A stretch of DNA of 63,385 nt, the filler included, from Octopus bimaculoides (lineage: Eukaryota): the NCBI RefSeq assembly GCF_001194135.2. It is 6 parts of 5 records of this genome, joined end to end, with 100 filler letters (N's around TTAATTAATTAA, not from the genome) between each part and the next. Parts side by side here need not be neighbours in the genome. Positions count along the whole stretch, not along the records: positions 19,649 to 37,414 come from NC_068986.1; positions 37,515 to 44,168 come from NC_068988.1; positions 44,269 to 54,370 come from NC_069000.1; 3 more parts are not named here. One strand, written 5' to 3'. The notes under the pieces are model-generated. The model saw only the letters and a program-made list of their open reading frames with translations. It did not search any database and had not been told where the DNA came from. A program made the translations under genes and the position numbers. Below, piece after piece: positions 34,928-47,136 of this stretch (within the stretch, counting starts at the first letter, position 1; the number at the start of each line of letters is the position of its first letter).

Positions 34928-35785
34928 TAAGGTGCGATGGGTAAATTGTTGGCCATTCAATAAATTTCATTTCACGCATGTGCATTGTTTATTTTTGATT
35001 TTGTCGAGTACACAGTATAGTAGGGTCGGTAGGACACAGTCTGTGAGAAAAACAACACCATGATGCAATTTACTCTGCTAAAAATTTGGAGATGGTGTGC
35101 TGTACTGCTTGGCATTCATGCCGGAAGCTCCAATACAAACAGATGGTGAACATAGAACAACTGTTGGCTTGTTGTGTCCCCAAAACATGTACCAAGAGTG
35201 ATAAAAATCAAACATCCAGTTTACATCATGGTGTTTGGAGTGATCTCTAGTGATGGCAACGTTACACCGCCATTAATCTTCCCACACACCCTCAGATTCA
35301 ACACAGAAGCCAACATCAATTGACTGGAGGTGGTAGTGCTGCCCTGGATCAAGAGGGTAGCTGCTGGAAGACTGTGTTTATCTGGCTACCTAACTCCCCA
35401 GAATGCAACCCCCCTTGATTATCATGTGTGGGGCGCAGTTGAGCGAGAGACCAACAAAACTCCTTGTGACACCAAAGATGAACTGAAGGCAAGGATTATG
35501 GCAGCATTCACCAACCTCAAAAAGGAGACCATCCAGAAGAGCTGCAGGAGATTCCAAAGTCGTCTGGAGGACATGGTTGAAGCCAATGGCGATTTTATTG
35601 AATAAATTTACTCTTTAGTATTTCAAGATATTTTTATGTAATTTTGGCAAATATCTGTTAAAATGAGATGTCAGTGTTATTTTCATTTTTGCGTAATTTA
35701 GACAATATATATTCACCACANNNNNNNNNNATATATATAGTAATCCCTTACCATATTGCCGTTCACCTATCGCACACTCAGTACA
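34928..35785 (+). mobile_element. Internally deleted Tc1/mariner element of maT (DD37D)-like type
   Basis: KHPVYIMVFGVISSDGNVTPPLIFP; PNSPECNPLDYHVWGAVERETNK...CRRFQSRLEDMVEANGDFIE*. Imperfect TIRs gtgcgatgggtaaa / ttcacctatcgcac. Confidence 0.8.
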
Positions 35786-35950
35786 TCACAGATTTTTCTG
35801 GCTAATATATGTAAATTTATAGCATGGACTCCTCAGTATATCTCGGTTTCTGAGGCCGACAGGTATTTATATGTTTTTAGCTTTTAATTATTTCTGTGGG
35901 AGGTTTTAGAACATAACACCTGCGGTAGTTGAGGGATTACCGTATATGTA

Positions 35951-36343
35951 TATTCTTTTACTTGTTTCAGTCATATGATTGCGACCATGCTGGAGCACCA
36001 CCTTTAGTCGAGCAAATCAACCCCAGGACTTATTCTGTGTAAGCCTAGTATTTATTCTATCGGTCTCTTTTGCTGGACCACTAAGTTACAGGGATGTAAA
36101 CACACCAGCATCAGTTGTCAAGTGATGTTGGGGACACACACACACACACACATACACATATATATATACATACATACATACAACGGGCTTCTTTCAGTTT
36201 CCATCTACCAAATCCACTCACAAAGCTTTGGTCGGCCCAAGGCTATAGTAGAAGACACTTGTCCAAGGTGCCACGCAGTGGGACTGAACCCAGAACTATG
36301 TGGTTGGTAAGCAAGTACTCACCACACAGCCACTCCTGCGCCT
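35951..36343 (-). mobile_element. SINE family A, full length
   Basis: Colinear with other family A copies. Confidence 0.88.
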
Positions 36344-37414
36344 ATATACATATATATATATATATATATATGTACATACATACAAGAGGACTGCCACATC
36401 TTTCAGATGACAGCTGTTTCACATTCAACCTGATTATTCTGATTGACTACCACCCTTGCAATGGTGTCTGTGACTTATCGCCCAGCATCTATCGCCATAG
36501 AACTTTAAAACAAATCAAACAACGAAACGTTAGTGAGACATCTCTAAATCATTGGATTTAAGTGACAAAAGTTTGTACAGAACATTAGTGACACACTTGG
36601 TCACCCTCATAGATTCCAGCAAGATGGTTAGCACTATTTTGAGGGCAAGTTTTGTCGGAGTATCTCTCTCTCTTAGAAGAGCCACCTTCTGCACAGCTTT
36701 GTCAAAAACAATGGAGGGAGCCTTCTCTACCCCTGGGAAATCTATTTCACCCCTAGATGGGACTTCGAGAGGTAACATCATTCAAGGTTAGAATAGAACC
36801 TAGAGTAATGGTAATCAAGGGGTGACTCCATGCTCCCCACAATTTCAGATCAAGCCCCACCATCTGATGCACTCACAGGGCTTTACTCAGCCTTGGGTTA
36901 TAGAAGACACTTGATCATAGTGCCAGGCAGTGGGATGGAACCCCAAACCATGTGGCTGGGAAGCAAACCTCTTACCACACAGCCATACCTGACCTTACAT
37001 AGTATGTATATACATCAATGTGTGTGTTTACATATATATATATATAAAATATACAAGAATAAGGGCAGAGAATCGTCAATTAATAATAGAATTAATAATT
37101 AACAATTTTGCCAAGTAGTTCAGTATGAAAAAAACCTTTATCGGTAAAACTATTTATCATCATAAATATACAGGGATTAGCAATTGAGTTGCTTCACCAA
37201 CATACTGAAAATTTAGAAATAGCAGTCAAAGAACTACTGATTCCAAACTACAAATTTTTCTCTAAAGAGGATGGCGATATTTATGGCACACATAGAACAA
37301 AAAACCGGAGGGAAAAGCGTAAACAAACCAAACCTTTAGTTAATTGGATACGAATCGTTTCATGGTTAAGTGAATGGAAATTTCACTATTCCAATCTTCA
37401 GCCCAAATATTTGA

Positions 37415-37514
37415 NNNNNNNNNNNNNNNNNNNNNNNNNNNNNNNNNNNNNNNNNNNNTTAATTAATTAANNNNNNNNNNNNNNNNNNNNNNNNNNNNNN
37501 NNNNNNNNNNNNNN
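37415..37514. other. Synthetic scaffold spacer N44-TTAATTAATTAA-N44
   Basis: Linker at 37459-37470. Confidence 0.9.
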
Positions 37515-37550
37515 TATATATGTATGTATGTATATATATGTATGTATACA

Positions 37551-38207
37551 CAGGTGCATTCCAATAGTTTTGAGAATATTTTGGGAGCGGCAAGCATAAC
37601 TGTCGCTGAATAGTGTTTTTTTTTGTATATTATTACTAACCATCTAAGAAGCTGAACCGCCCAACTTCTAATATTCAAGGATGAAGGCGATGCACTTTTT
37701 AAGCACTTTGACCACACCGTATTAAACATTGCTTGTCACAACTGATTAGTTTGCAAGTTACAGTGGGAGATTCCTGGGTGCTCGTTTTGCAAAGCGGTTT
37801 TCTGTTAAACTGGGGAAAATGCTACAGAAACTTCTGTATTGCTTCAGACTGCTTATAGTTTAACGTTTTTGTTGCTCGAGGGTGTCAGGTTGGTGGAGAG
37901 AATGTAACAGACGATGAGAAAAATGGAGGGTTCGCGGTATTAGAATATCAGGGCTGGTTGAGAATTTAGGAAGATCTAACCATGCGTAAAATGTGTGCAA
38001 ATTTTTTTCCAGAGCACTCAGTAACGTGCATACTAGTAACCAGCTATTCGAGAGAAACGGGCATCATAATTGTTCCTCACCCTCCTTACAGTCCCTTCAG
38101 TAGGATTGTCACTGAACGCTATAACAAGTGCATTGAAGCCAGAGGATCTTACTTGAAATTGATAAATGATCTCTTGAAAGATTCGTAAACTTTTGGAATG
38201 CACCTTG
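37551..38207 (+). mobile_element. Internally deleted mariner (~660 bp) with both TIRs
   Basis: TIRs caggtgcattccaatagttttgagaat / attcgtaaacttttggaatgcaccttg. Remnants KLGKMLQKL, PHPPYSP, KCIEARGSY. Confidence 0.8.
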
Positions 38208-38789
38208 ACCATATATTCCATATATATATNNNNNNNNNNNNNNNNNNNNNNNNNNNNNNNNNNNNNNNNNNNNNNNNNNNNNNNNNNNNNNNNNNNNNNN
38301 NNNNNNNNNNNNNNNNNNNNNNNNNNNNNNNNNNNNNNNNNNNNNNNNNNNNNNNNNNNNNNNNNNNNNNNNNNNNNNNNNNNNNNNNNNNNNNNNNNNN
38401 NNNNNNNNNNNNNNNNNNNNNNNNNNNNNNNNNNNNNNNNNNNNNNNNNNNNNNNNNNNNNNNNNNNNNNNNNNNNNNNNNNNNNNNNNNNNNNNNNNNN
38501 NNNNNNNNNNNNNNNNNNNNNNNNNNNNNNNNNNNNNNNNNNNNNNNNNNNNNNNNNNNNNNNNNNNNNNNNNNNNNNNNNNNNNNNNNNNNNNNNNNNN
38601 NNNNNNNTATATATATATCTTATAAAGGATGATAAAGAAGCCTGTTGGGATTTGTTGTTTGCAAATGGAGGGAAAGAAAGAATACGATGTTTGATATTGG
38701 GGATGCACGGTTTGGTAGGCTGCATCGGCCAGTTAAAGAGGAGCGTAGCAAGCAAATCCAACCAAATCATAATTATACAAATAATAATA

Positions 38790-39445
38790 ATTGTTTCTAA
38801 TTTTGGCACAAGTCAAATATTTGTAAAGGATGTGGATTAGTCGATAACATCGACCTGGTAATTTACTACTATAATATTTTATCCGGCTCAGGACGGACGG
38901 AAGATAAAGTTGACCTTGACGGGGTTTGAACTTAGAACGTTAATCCCAGGCAGATCTACCGCCAACCATGTTAGTCTGGCGTACTAACGATTCTGCCTGT
39001 TCATCACTTTTAATTCTTTCTACTATTGGCACAAAGCCTGGAATTTCGAGGTTGGAGTCAAACAGATTATATTAATTCAACCGTAGAACATTATTGTTAT
39101 TTATTTTATCATCCTCGAACGTACGAAAATCAGTCAACTTTGGAGGAATTTAAAGAGCCATAAAGGAAAGAAGAGGACAAATACCGCTAAGCATTTCGTC
39201 CGAAGTATTTACTATTCTGCCAGCTCGCCGCCTGGAAGATTTCAAATTTGAGTAGACACCCAGCAGCATTTCAGGAAGTGGGTAAATCCATTACATAGAC
39301 CCGAGTATTCAACTGGTATTCAATTTGCCATCCAGGAAAGGATGAAAGGTAAAGTTGCCTCGGTGGAATTTTGACTCAGAACGCAGAGTCGGAATAGAGA
39401 CTTATAAGTATGTTGTCCAACGCTTTAAAGTTTGTGCCAACACGC
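38790..39445 (-). mobile_element. Three old head-to-tail SINE family B copies
   Basis: Repeated degenerate gaactcagaacg / aaagttgacct / gcatttcg / acgattctgcc motifs at ~38790-39003, 39012-39232 and 39260-39445. Confidence 0.65.
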
Positions 39446-39501
39446 CATAAAAGTAATTATAATTTACAATTATTGTTAGATGTATGCTAAAGAATTTTCG
39501 T

Positions 39502-39504
<3 letters not shown>

Positions 39505-39578
<74 letters not shown>
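39505..39578. repeat. (AAT)n microsatellite
   Basis: Direct reading. Confidence 0.95.
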
Positions 39579-39579
<1 letters not shown>

Positions 39580-40187
39580 GTGTAAAGGATATTGAAGCAA
39601 CAGAGGAACGGTATTGCAAAAGATTGCAAAAAGAGAGTGCATTCGTTGTCTTTCCGGAGACAACAGTAACAAAAAAAGAAACCTGGAAATGGTCCGCTTG
39701 TTGATACTTGCCTATTTCACATCTATCTGTTGAGAGAGAATAAAAAAAAAGAAGCAGAAGGATATTACAGTTATTATTAATATGCTTACTGCCTTCACGT
39801 TCTGATTTAGATTTACTCACATATCGATTAGAGTTAACCCTTTTCCTGCTGAAAGCTCCTGTTTCTGGTTAAAGAAATTTAACGGTAATAAATGTTTGAA
39901 AACGTCAATCATTATTTTAATGTAATAAATAAATGTGAAAGTAATACTGAATGAAATATTATTGTGTAACGTAATTTGTAATGATATATGTCTTTAAATG
40001 AAATTTGCATGTTTTCTAGATATGTATCTATATCTTTACTTGTATGCAAATTAAGCTTTATATGATATTATCTATTTCTCTCTGTCTCTTTGTCTCTCTA
40101 CAGAGTTATCCTTATTTGTGTGCATTTATGTCTATATGTTTTTGTATGTACAATATGTGTATGTACTTCTATATTGATATGTGCATA

Positions 40188-40420
40188 TATTGGGTTGTCC
40201 GGAAAGTTCGTGCTGATTTTAAAAGGAAAGAAAAAGGGTCAATAAATACTTGCTATTACATTTTTAATCAACCAAATATGAACCATTTTGTTACTCAATG
40301 CGTCTCCATCTTTCCTTCAACTTGAAAATACCCTCTTCCCAGAATTGAGGTGGTTTCATGGCAAATAAGTCGAAAGGTAAGCTACTATAAATCGGCACGA
40401 ACTTTCCGGACAACCCAATA
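40188..40420. mobile_element. Mariner-derived MITE (233 bp) with ~31 bp near-perfect TIRs
   Basis: tattgggttgtccggaaagttcgtgctgattt / aaatcggcacgaactttccggacaacccaata. The minus strand carries the transposase C-terminus EEGIFKLKERWRRIE*QNGSY. Confidence 0.9.
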
Positions 40421-40479
40421 CATACGTATATGTATAGTGTATATACGTATACATTATACATACATTATACATATATGCA

Positions 40480-41261
40480 TACGAAGGCTGATCAATAAGT
40501 TCCGGGACTGTTGCCACAGTAACGAAGGTAAAGCACGTAGTGCATTGCGCTCTATGTTTGAACGGTGTAGCTCACTTCCGCTGTTTGGAGCAGTGCTTTG
40601 AAGGAACGTGTGTAGCGTGTGATCGACGCATTGACCATGATTGAAATTAGAGCAAAGAATCTGCATCCAATTTTGACAAAAGCTTGGCGATAGTTGCTCA
40701 AAGTTTTCAAAAAGTTTCCATCGTTCTTGATTCAATCAAAGAGATCTTGTGCAACTGAAACGTGAGAGTCTTTCTGGTCAGCTGAAGCAATTTTGGCACA
40801 AATTTGGCAGAAACACGTCTCATACCTAAATCTTCAGTGATAATGGACTGAACTGAACCGAAACTAATCTGCACATCCTCTGATAATTCACGGATGGGGA
40901 TTCAACGATTTCCCGTCACAGTTGCACGAACATCTGTGATGTTTTACTCAATTCTGCTTCTTGTGGATCTCCCAAAACGTTCGTCACTATCGACAATTTT
41001 TCGGCCATCTTGGAAACGACTAAACCTCTCATAAAATGTGTGTGTAGATCATAATTCCTATCCATACACTTCCTGTAACTGTGCGTAAGCCTCTGAGCAG
41101 ATATCACCACAACTTTCTCTGTCGTGTTCAGTGTGACGAGCACACTCTACACATGTTACTTCCAAGCAATTCAAGGTCAATCTAGACCAAGCAGCTTTAC
41201 TCTGTGTGCTTTAGCTTCGTTACTATGTCAACAATCCGGTTACTTATTGATCAGATTTGTA
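40480..41261. mobile_element. Two convergent mariner 5' halves (+ 40480-40705; - 40705-41261)
   Basis: Homologous ends tacgaaggctgatcaataagttccgggactgttgccacagtaacgaagg (+) and tacaaatctgatcaataagtaaccggattgttgacatagtaacgaagc (-). The minus half encodes GDICSEAYAQLQEVYG...DLGMRRVSAKFVPKLL. Confidence 0.75.
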
Positions 41262-41801
41262 TGTAAGTATATGTATCTATATTTCTATGTATGCAAATGG
41301 CTATCATTTAACTGGAAAACATTTCATACATGTTTTGGTTTTTGTATAAAAGAGACTTCATACGTTAAATTGTACGAGGAGTAAATTCACATGTCACTAA
41401 TACTAGTTTCTGACAATAGTTTTACAGGACCTTGATGATCGTAGTGGTTTGAATCTCGTATTGTTTCGCCACTAAAATGGTGCAATTCTTTTAAGTTCCT
41501 GCAATTCCTCCTCGTTTCATATTGGTGGTGACGTGATTTCTATTAATTTTATGTTGGATCTAAAATTTGATTGTGTAGGCCAATGAGATATTTAGCGCTA
41601 TTTCTAATTCCTGATCCCTTTTCTGTCTCAGCCGGTTTCCGGCCGAAAAAAACTGCCACCACCCGAGATCACTCTTGGCATATGAATCATAATCTTCTCC
41701 AAGATATCCATTTAGGCTTTACTGTTAATAATACTTAAGATACGGTTTAAATGAATCAACTTTTTCAAGCCATTAACATTAGCCCTTTTTATTAAATTTC
41801 T

Positions 41802-41852
41802 GCCGCCATGTTAAAACTTTCTCACGCACGACTTTCGCCGTACGCACACGTG
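41802..41852. promoter_or_regulatory. Candidate promoter motifs in a CpG-rich unique patch (YY1-like GCCGCCATGTT, E-box CACGTG)
   Basis: Motif matches at 41802-41812 and 41847-41852 plus local CpG enrichment. No transcript evidence. Confidence 0.3.
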
Positions 41853-42074
41853 TCGGGTCTTGCCAAATTATTTTGGACACTTTTCTAGTAGTTCTTCAAT
41901 AAAGTGGTTTCTCATTTACCAATGACATCAGGTTTTGGGAAGCTAAAACCCGATCGAGCTTTATTCTTCGATACTTTTATAGAATGTAATTACAAAGACT
42001 ACGATTCAGCTATATTTTTGTGCAAGTAAATTTAATGCAGTTCTATATTTGAGAGATGAGGAATTATGTACATT

Positions 42075-42285
42075 ATTTACATTATTTACATTTGACGGAT
42101 ATTTATCCTCATCTTGTTTCTTGTTAACACAAAGTTTTGGCTGATGTACTCTGCAGCCGCCATTAGGTGTCCTGGGGGAATTTCGAACCTGGGTTCTCAT
42201 TTCTAAGGTATGTTCCGATGTTATTATTATTGTGCTAATAACAAACAAGGTGAGGACAAATATCTATCAAATGTAAATCATCTAG
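42075..42285. mobile_element. Penelope-like pseudo-LTR relic with inverted duplication and a degenerate hammerhead-like core
   Basis: IR atttacatttgacggatatttatcctcatcttgtttc / aacaaacaaggtgaggacaaatatctatcaaatgtaaat. The minus strand reads ctaatggcggctg...cagccaaaac. Confidence 0.5.
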
Positions 42286-42652
42286 AGTTTCTTTAATTCA
42301 GTAGGATTTATTGTTTTTTTTTTTCATGGTGATACTATCAATAATTGATTCGTGCAATACTTCGCACCATTTTCAAGGTTGACTAATATTCTATTTTTAT
42401 NNNNNNNNNNNNNNNNNNNNNNNNNNNNNNNNNNNNNNNNNNNNNNNNNNNNNNNNNNNNNNNNNNNNNNNNNNNNNNNNNNNNNNNNNNNNNNNNNNNN
42501 NNNNNNNNNNNNNNNNNNNNNNNNNNNNNNNNNNNNNNNNNNNNNNNNNNNNNNNNNNNNNNNNNNNNNNNNNNNNNNNNNNNNNNNNNNNNNNNNNNNN
42601 NNNNNNNNNNNNNNNNNNNNNNNNNNNNNNNNNNNNNNNNNNNNNNTATATA

Positions 42653-42690
<38 letters not shown>

Positions 42691-44028
42691 TATGCACTTT
42701 AGTGTACGTATATGGGGATCATTTTAAAATGATAGGTAATTAAATAAACGAGACACTTCTCTGTTCTCTTACGGTAAGCATACTTCTTAAAGGTATGTTT
42801 TAAAATTAGTTGGCTATATTGCTTCATTAAAAATCATTTACGAAGCAGTAGACGTGTAATGGAACTACATTGAATCTATTCTTAATTTAAGTTACTTAAG
42901 TGGAGTGTCATATGAGTTGTTTGCACGTGTATTCATGTATATATTTCATATGTGCATATAATTTTGTGCTTGCCACAGAAGAATCATTTACTCCATTTTA
43001 TGTACAAATGAACGAACTTTGCAGTTAGTATCTGCAAAGTTTCCACAGAATTTCAGCAGAATAAGTGTTAAATTGAAATGGCTCAAGCTTTCAAAATTCC
43101 CGAACCATAGCATACAGACAATTTTATCTGCTCACATAGCGGAAGAAAGCCTACCTGAGTTTAATCCGTCGAATCTGAAGCTGGTAAATATATTTATATA
43201 TATTTATTTTATTCAGTTGAATCACTGGCTGCCGACTGGAAACTTTACAACATCCGTTTTATTGTTGTGGCAGGACTGATGAAATGTGTTTGTTTGTGAT
43301 GAAAAGAAGACCAGTCAAACACTGTGATCTACATTATATACATATATGCATACAAACACGTAAACATTCAGTTAGTCACATTTCATTTAGTCTACACACG
43401 TATTATCACACTCATGTGAAAATGTGTATGAAATGATGAGAATCAGGAGAATAGTTAATATATTAACATTCTCTGCAAGCTGAATATCTGCTAAAATTTA
43501 GGCTAACATATTCTTTTTTTCTTTTAACATTTTGTTATATAAACCGTAACAGAAAGCCAATGATATTTAAATAACTAACAATACTAGTGCTCTGTCACAA
43601 TAACACATTATTTAGAGAATTATTTAGCATTCACTACATTGTTTCTTATGGTGTGATTTCTTTCAAAATCTAAAAGAAATTTAGTTAAACTTCATTTCTG
43701 TAAACTAAAATGCTAAATTGTTCCTTTCGTATTTTAATTATTTTTCTGCAGATAAATTTATTTTGTTGTGGTTATTCTTGCAACGTGTTTTTTTTTTCGG
43801 GAACGGGTGCTGATTTTGTAGAGTGTGTCGTATATTTCGGTCGGAGTTGCAATTTTCAGAAGCAATTACATATAATGAATTGTGTATTTTCGGTTCTAGT
43901 GAGTGATTAAGAGCGATTAAGTAAGAACATGCACTTATTATACGAAAACAATGTAAACGCGCAGCAAATATTGTTGGGTAATAAATTGATAAATAGTGAA
44001 TTTATACTTTTTGTTATCTTGTTTGTTC

Positions 44029-44168
<140 letters not shown>

Positions 44169-44268
44169 NNNNNNNNNNNNNNNNNNNNNNNNNNNNNNNN
44201 NNNNNNNNNNNNTTAATTAATTAANNNNNNNNNNNNNNNNNNNNNNNNNNNNNNNNNNNNNNNNNNNN
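44169..44268. other. Synthetic scaffold spacer N44-TTAATTAATTAA-N44
   Basis: Linker at 44213-44224. Confidence 0.9.
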
Positions 44269-44309
44269 AGACAGACAGACAGACACACATTCTCATTTTT
44301 ATGTATATA

Positions 44310-44775
44310 AATTCTTCAACTGATAATGCAGGATTTTCTTCAAGTAATGACTCAAGGAGCATATCATCAAACTCAACTGGACGTCCTGTTCGATCTTCAT
44401 CTTCAAGGCTGAAATCTCCACTTCTGAATTTTGCAAACCATCTTCTGCAAGTTCTTTCATTCAAGCATTCTTTCCCATAAAGTGAGTGTATGTTTCGAAT
44501 CACTTCGGCTGCAAAGTTTCCTTTTTTGTACTCATAAAGCATTATGTACCTCAAATGCTCTTTGGATACTTCCATGTTAGAAAGGGTTTTAATCAAAGAA
44601 ATTTTAATTCTATTATTCTGTAAAATAATATTTAATTAGTTATATTTAATTAGTTTAAATGTACACAAATGCATAAAAATAATTTTAAATTCCATTAGAC
44701 ATTCTAAATTACTTTTAAATTTCATTCAATTTTAAAAAAGATAAAATCGGACAGAACTTATGGGATGACCTGATA
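44310..44775 (-). mobile_element. Mariner 5' fragment: TIR plus transposase HTH domain
   Basis: MEVSKEHLRYIMLYEYKKG...CRRWFAKFRSGDFSLEDEDRTGRP. TIR-like tatcaggtcatcccataagttctgtcc. Confidence 0.88.
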
Positions 44776-46253
44776 TGTTAGGCAAGGTGTATATGCCTGG
44801 GCAGAAGCATAAATGTAATATGCTGGTGCGTTGAAAGAGATATGCAACTCTATTAATTACGCGACCCACTAGAGGTCTAATAGAGGTAAGTTTTCTTTCA
44901 GTGGCGCAGAGAGCAAGTGATAGCACACATGAAAATATGAGTGTTGCAAATGTGTGTAAGCATACAAGTGTGATGTAGAGAGCAAAACATTTTTAAAACA
45001 AGGCAAAACATATGTACATGCACTTAACAGGATGTATACTTAGAATGATCCTCCTTGTAAACGTGCAAAAATAAGTGATTATTTCAAATGAGTACCATCA
45101 AACATGTAAGTATCCTTAAAGATATACTGAAAAAGGGTAAAACAAATTATTTCCTGTAAAACCTGAACTGTGTTCCTCCTCTCTGGCCTTTTGTCAGCAG
45201 AGCTTATCTATTACTGACCCATCCATCGTCTGTTTGTTCATCAACTTTTTCTACAAATGACTTCTCTCAAACGGTTGGCCCAAATGGGCCCAGATTTTTA
45301 TGATACTGTGAAAGGTCATTCATTATATTAGCCTAAAACTAAATTTACTGTCTAAAGTCATTATTTATTGTCAACTCCTTGATAAAATCAAAATAACACA
45401 AAAACAAATATTTTAACACCCCCTGATTTTGAATACTAGGCTCACTTTTATCATTAGTTAAGGAAAATCAGAGGAGACAACTGATCTGTAGCCTCAGCCT
45501 GGCTACGGATCCTCTACATATATGTCCACAACAAGTTTTTACTTTTGTTTATAATTTCTGACTCTACTATTTGTTCCCTTTTTTCTTTCTTTCTCGCTAC
45601 CCTTCTACAATCCTCTTTATTTTCTGTTTCTCCCCCTCCTTCTTTGCTGTCCTCTGTCTATCTTTCGTTCCTTCTCCCTTCTCCTCACTCCTTTTGTTTC
45701 CTTTCCTCATCCTCTCTCTTGTCTCCCTTCTCCTCTGCCTATTTGTTCCCACATTACTACAGGCCATTTTTTTCTCTCCTTTTTTTTTCTCTTCTACTAT
45801 TTGCTTCTCTTGTATTTATTCTATATTCTTCCAAAATTTCTCCCAGGCATTACCCATTACAATGTGTCTTGGCCTGATGGCCCTTAATGTTTGTCTTTGT
45901 CAATTGTTTACTCTGTATGTCCACCCTGTCATTGTTTGTTCAATCAAAGCTCTAAACTCTCCAGAAATTTTATATTTTTAAAATTTTAAATTCCTGGATG
46001 CTGCTGTTTAATGAAGTTTTCCTATCTTGTCGTTGAAAGCTCAAAATAGGGAGTAATTAACAGTCAACAACTGAGGAGGGGGTTAGACTTCTTGAGGTAT
46101 TTTGTCCCATACTTGTCTCTCGTTGTGCGTTTACATATTTTTCACTCATTGGTGATATCTTGTTCTTATTGTATATTTTTTAGTAATTTGTCTTGTACTT
46201 ATCGCTTGTGTGTCTACGTATTTTTCACACGTTGGTGATGTTCTGTACTGGAT

Positions 46254-46620
46254 AGGAGTGGCTGTTTGATAAGAAGCTTGCTTCCCAACCACAAGGTGCC
46301 ACTGCATGGCACCTTGGGCAAGTGTCTTCTACTATAGCCTCAGACTGACCAAAGCCCTGTGAATGGATTTGATAGACGGAAACTGAAAGCAGCCTATATA
46401 TATATATATGTAAGTATTTGTGTGTCTATGTTTGTCCCCCCACCATCGCTTGACACCCAATGCTGGTGTGTTTACATCCCCGTAACTTAGCAGTTCAGCA
46501 AAAGAGACCGATAGAATAAGTACTAGGCTAACAAAGAATAAGTCCTGGGGTCGATTTGTTTGACTAAAGGTGGTGGTCCAGCACGGCCACAGTCAAATGA
46601 CTGAAACAAGTAAAAGAATA
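46254..46620 (+). mobile_element. SINE family A
   Basis: aggagtggctgtttgataag...ccttgggcaagtgtcttctactatagcc...gactgaaacaagtaaaagaata. Confidence 0.85.
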
Positions 46621-46808
46621 AATATATATATATATATAGGTTATGAGAGGTAATGGTGTCAATAAGACCCAAAGGTGTCAGGTAATGCTGAGTAACCATA
46701 GTTAAGCTCCAGGCTCGGTGATTATGCAAATAAGGAGTCCAACGTAGGTCATATATCAGCATGTGTATATATAAGAACATCTTTTTTCAGAATGAGATTA
46801 AAAAAACC

Positions 46809-47072
46809 AGGCTGTGAAGATTTTAGAACATTTATAAATAGAAGGTCTACAGCTGTTTCCAGGATATTTATTATATATCCCTTCATCAGAGACGGTGTGA
46901 GAAAATGGTTAAGCAATAGTTAATTTAGATAAGATACAAAATTGAGAGTGAAGTATCTTATCTAAATTAACTATTGCTTAACCATTTTCTCACACCATTT
47001 CTGATGAAGGGATATGATAAATATCCTGGAAACAACCTTCTATTTATAAATGTTCTAAAATCTTCACAGCCT
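46809..47072. repeat. 264 bp near-perfect palindrome (arms ~129/120 bp, 15 nt loop) with a hammerhead core in each arm
   Basis: Arms 46809-46937 and 46953-47072. CTGATGA-aggg-atat...atat-cctg-GAAAC at 47001-47033 (+), mirrored at ~46845-46889 (-). Confidence 0.9.
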
Positions 47073-47079
47073 ATATAAA

Positions 47080-47136
<57 letters not shown>

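Noticed and set aside
36530-36791. Overlapping open frames on both strands (79 aa +, 83 aa -)
   Set aside because: Neither translation matches a family I recognise. A plus-strand exon at 36581-36771 is possible but unsupported without RNA or homology data.
43277-43320. CTGATGA...GAAA as a hammerhead
   Set aside because: The intervening sequence cannot form stem II and there is no cleavage triplet with stem I.
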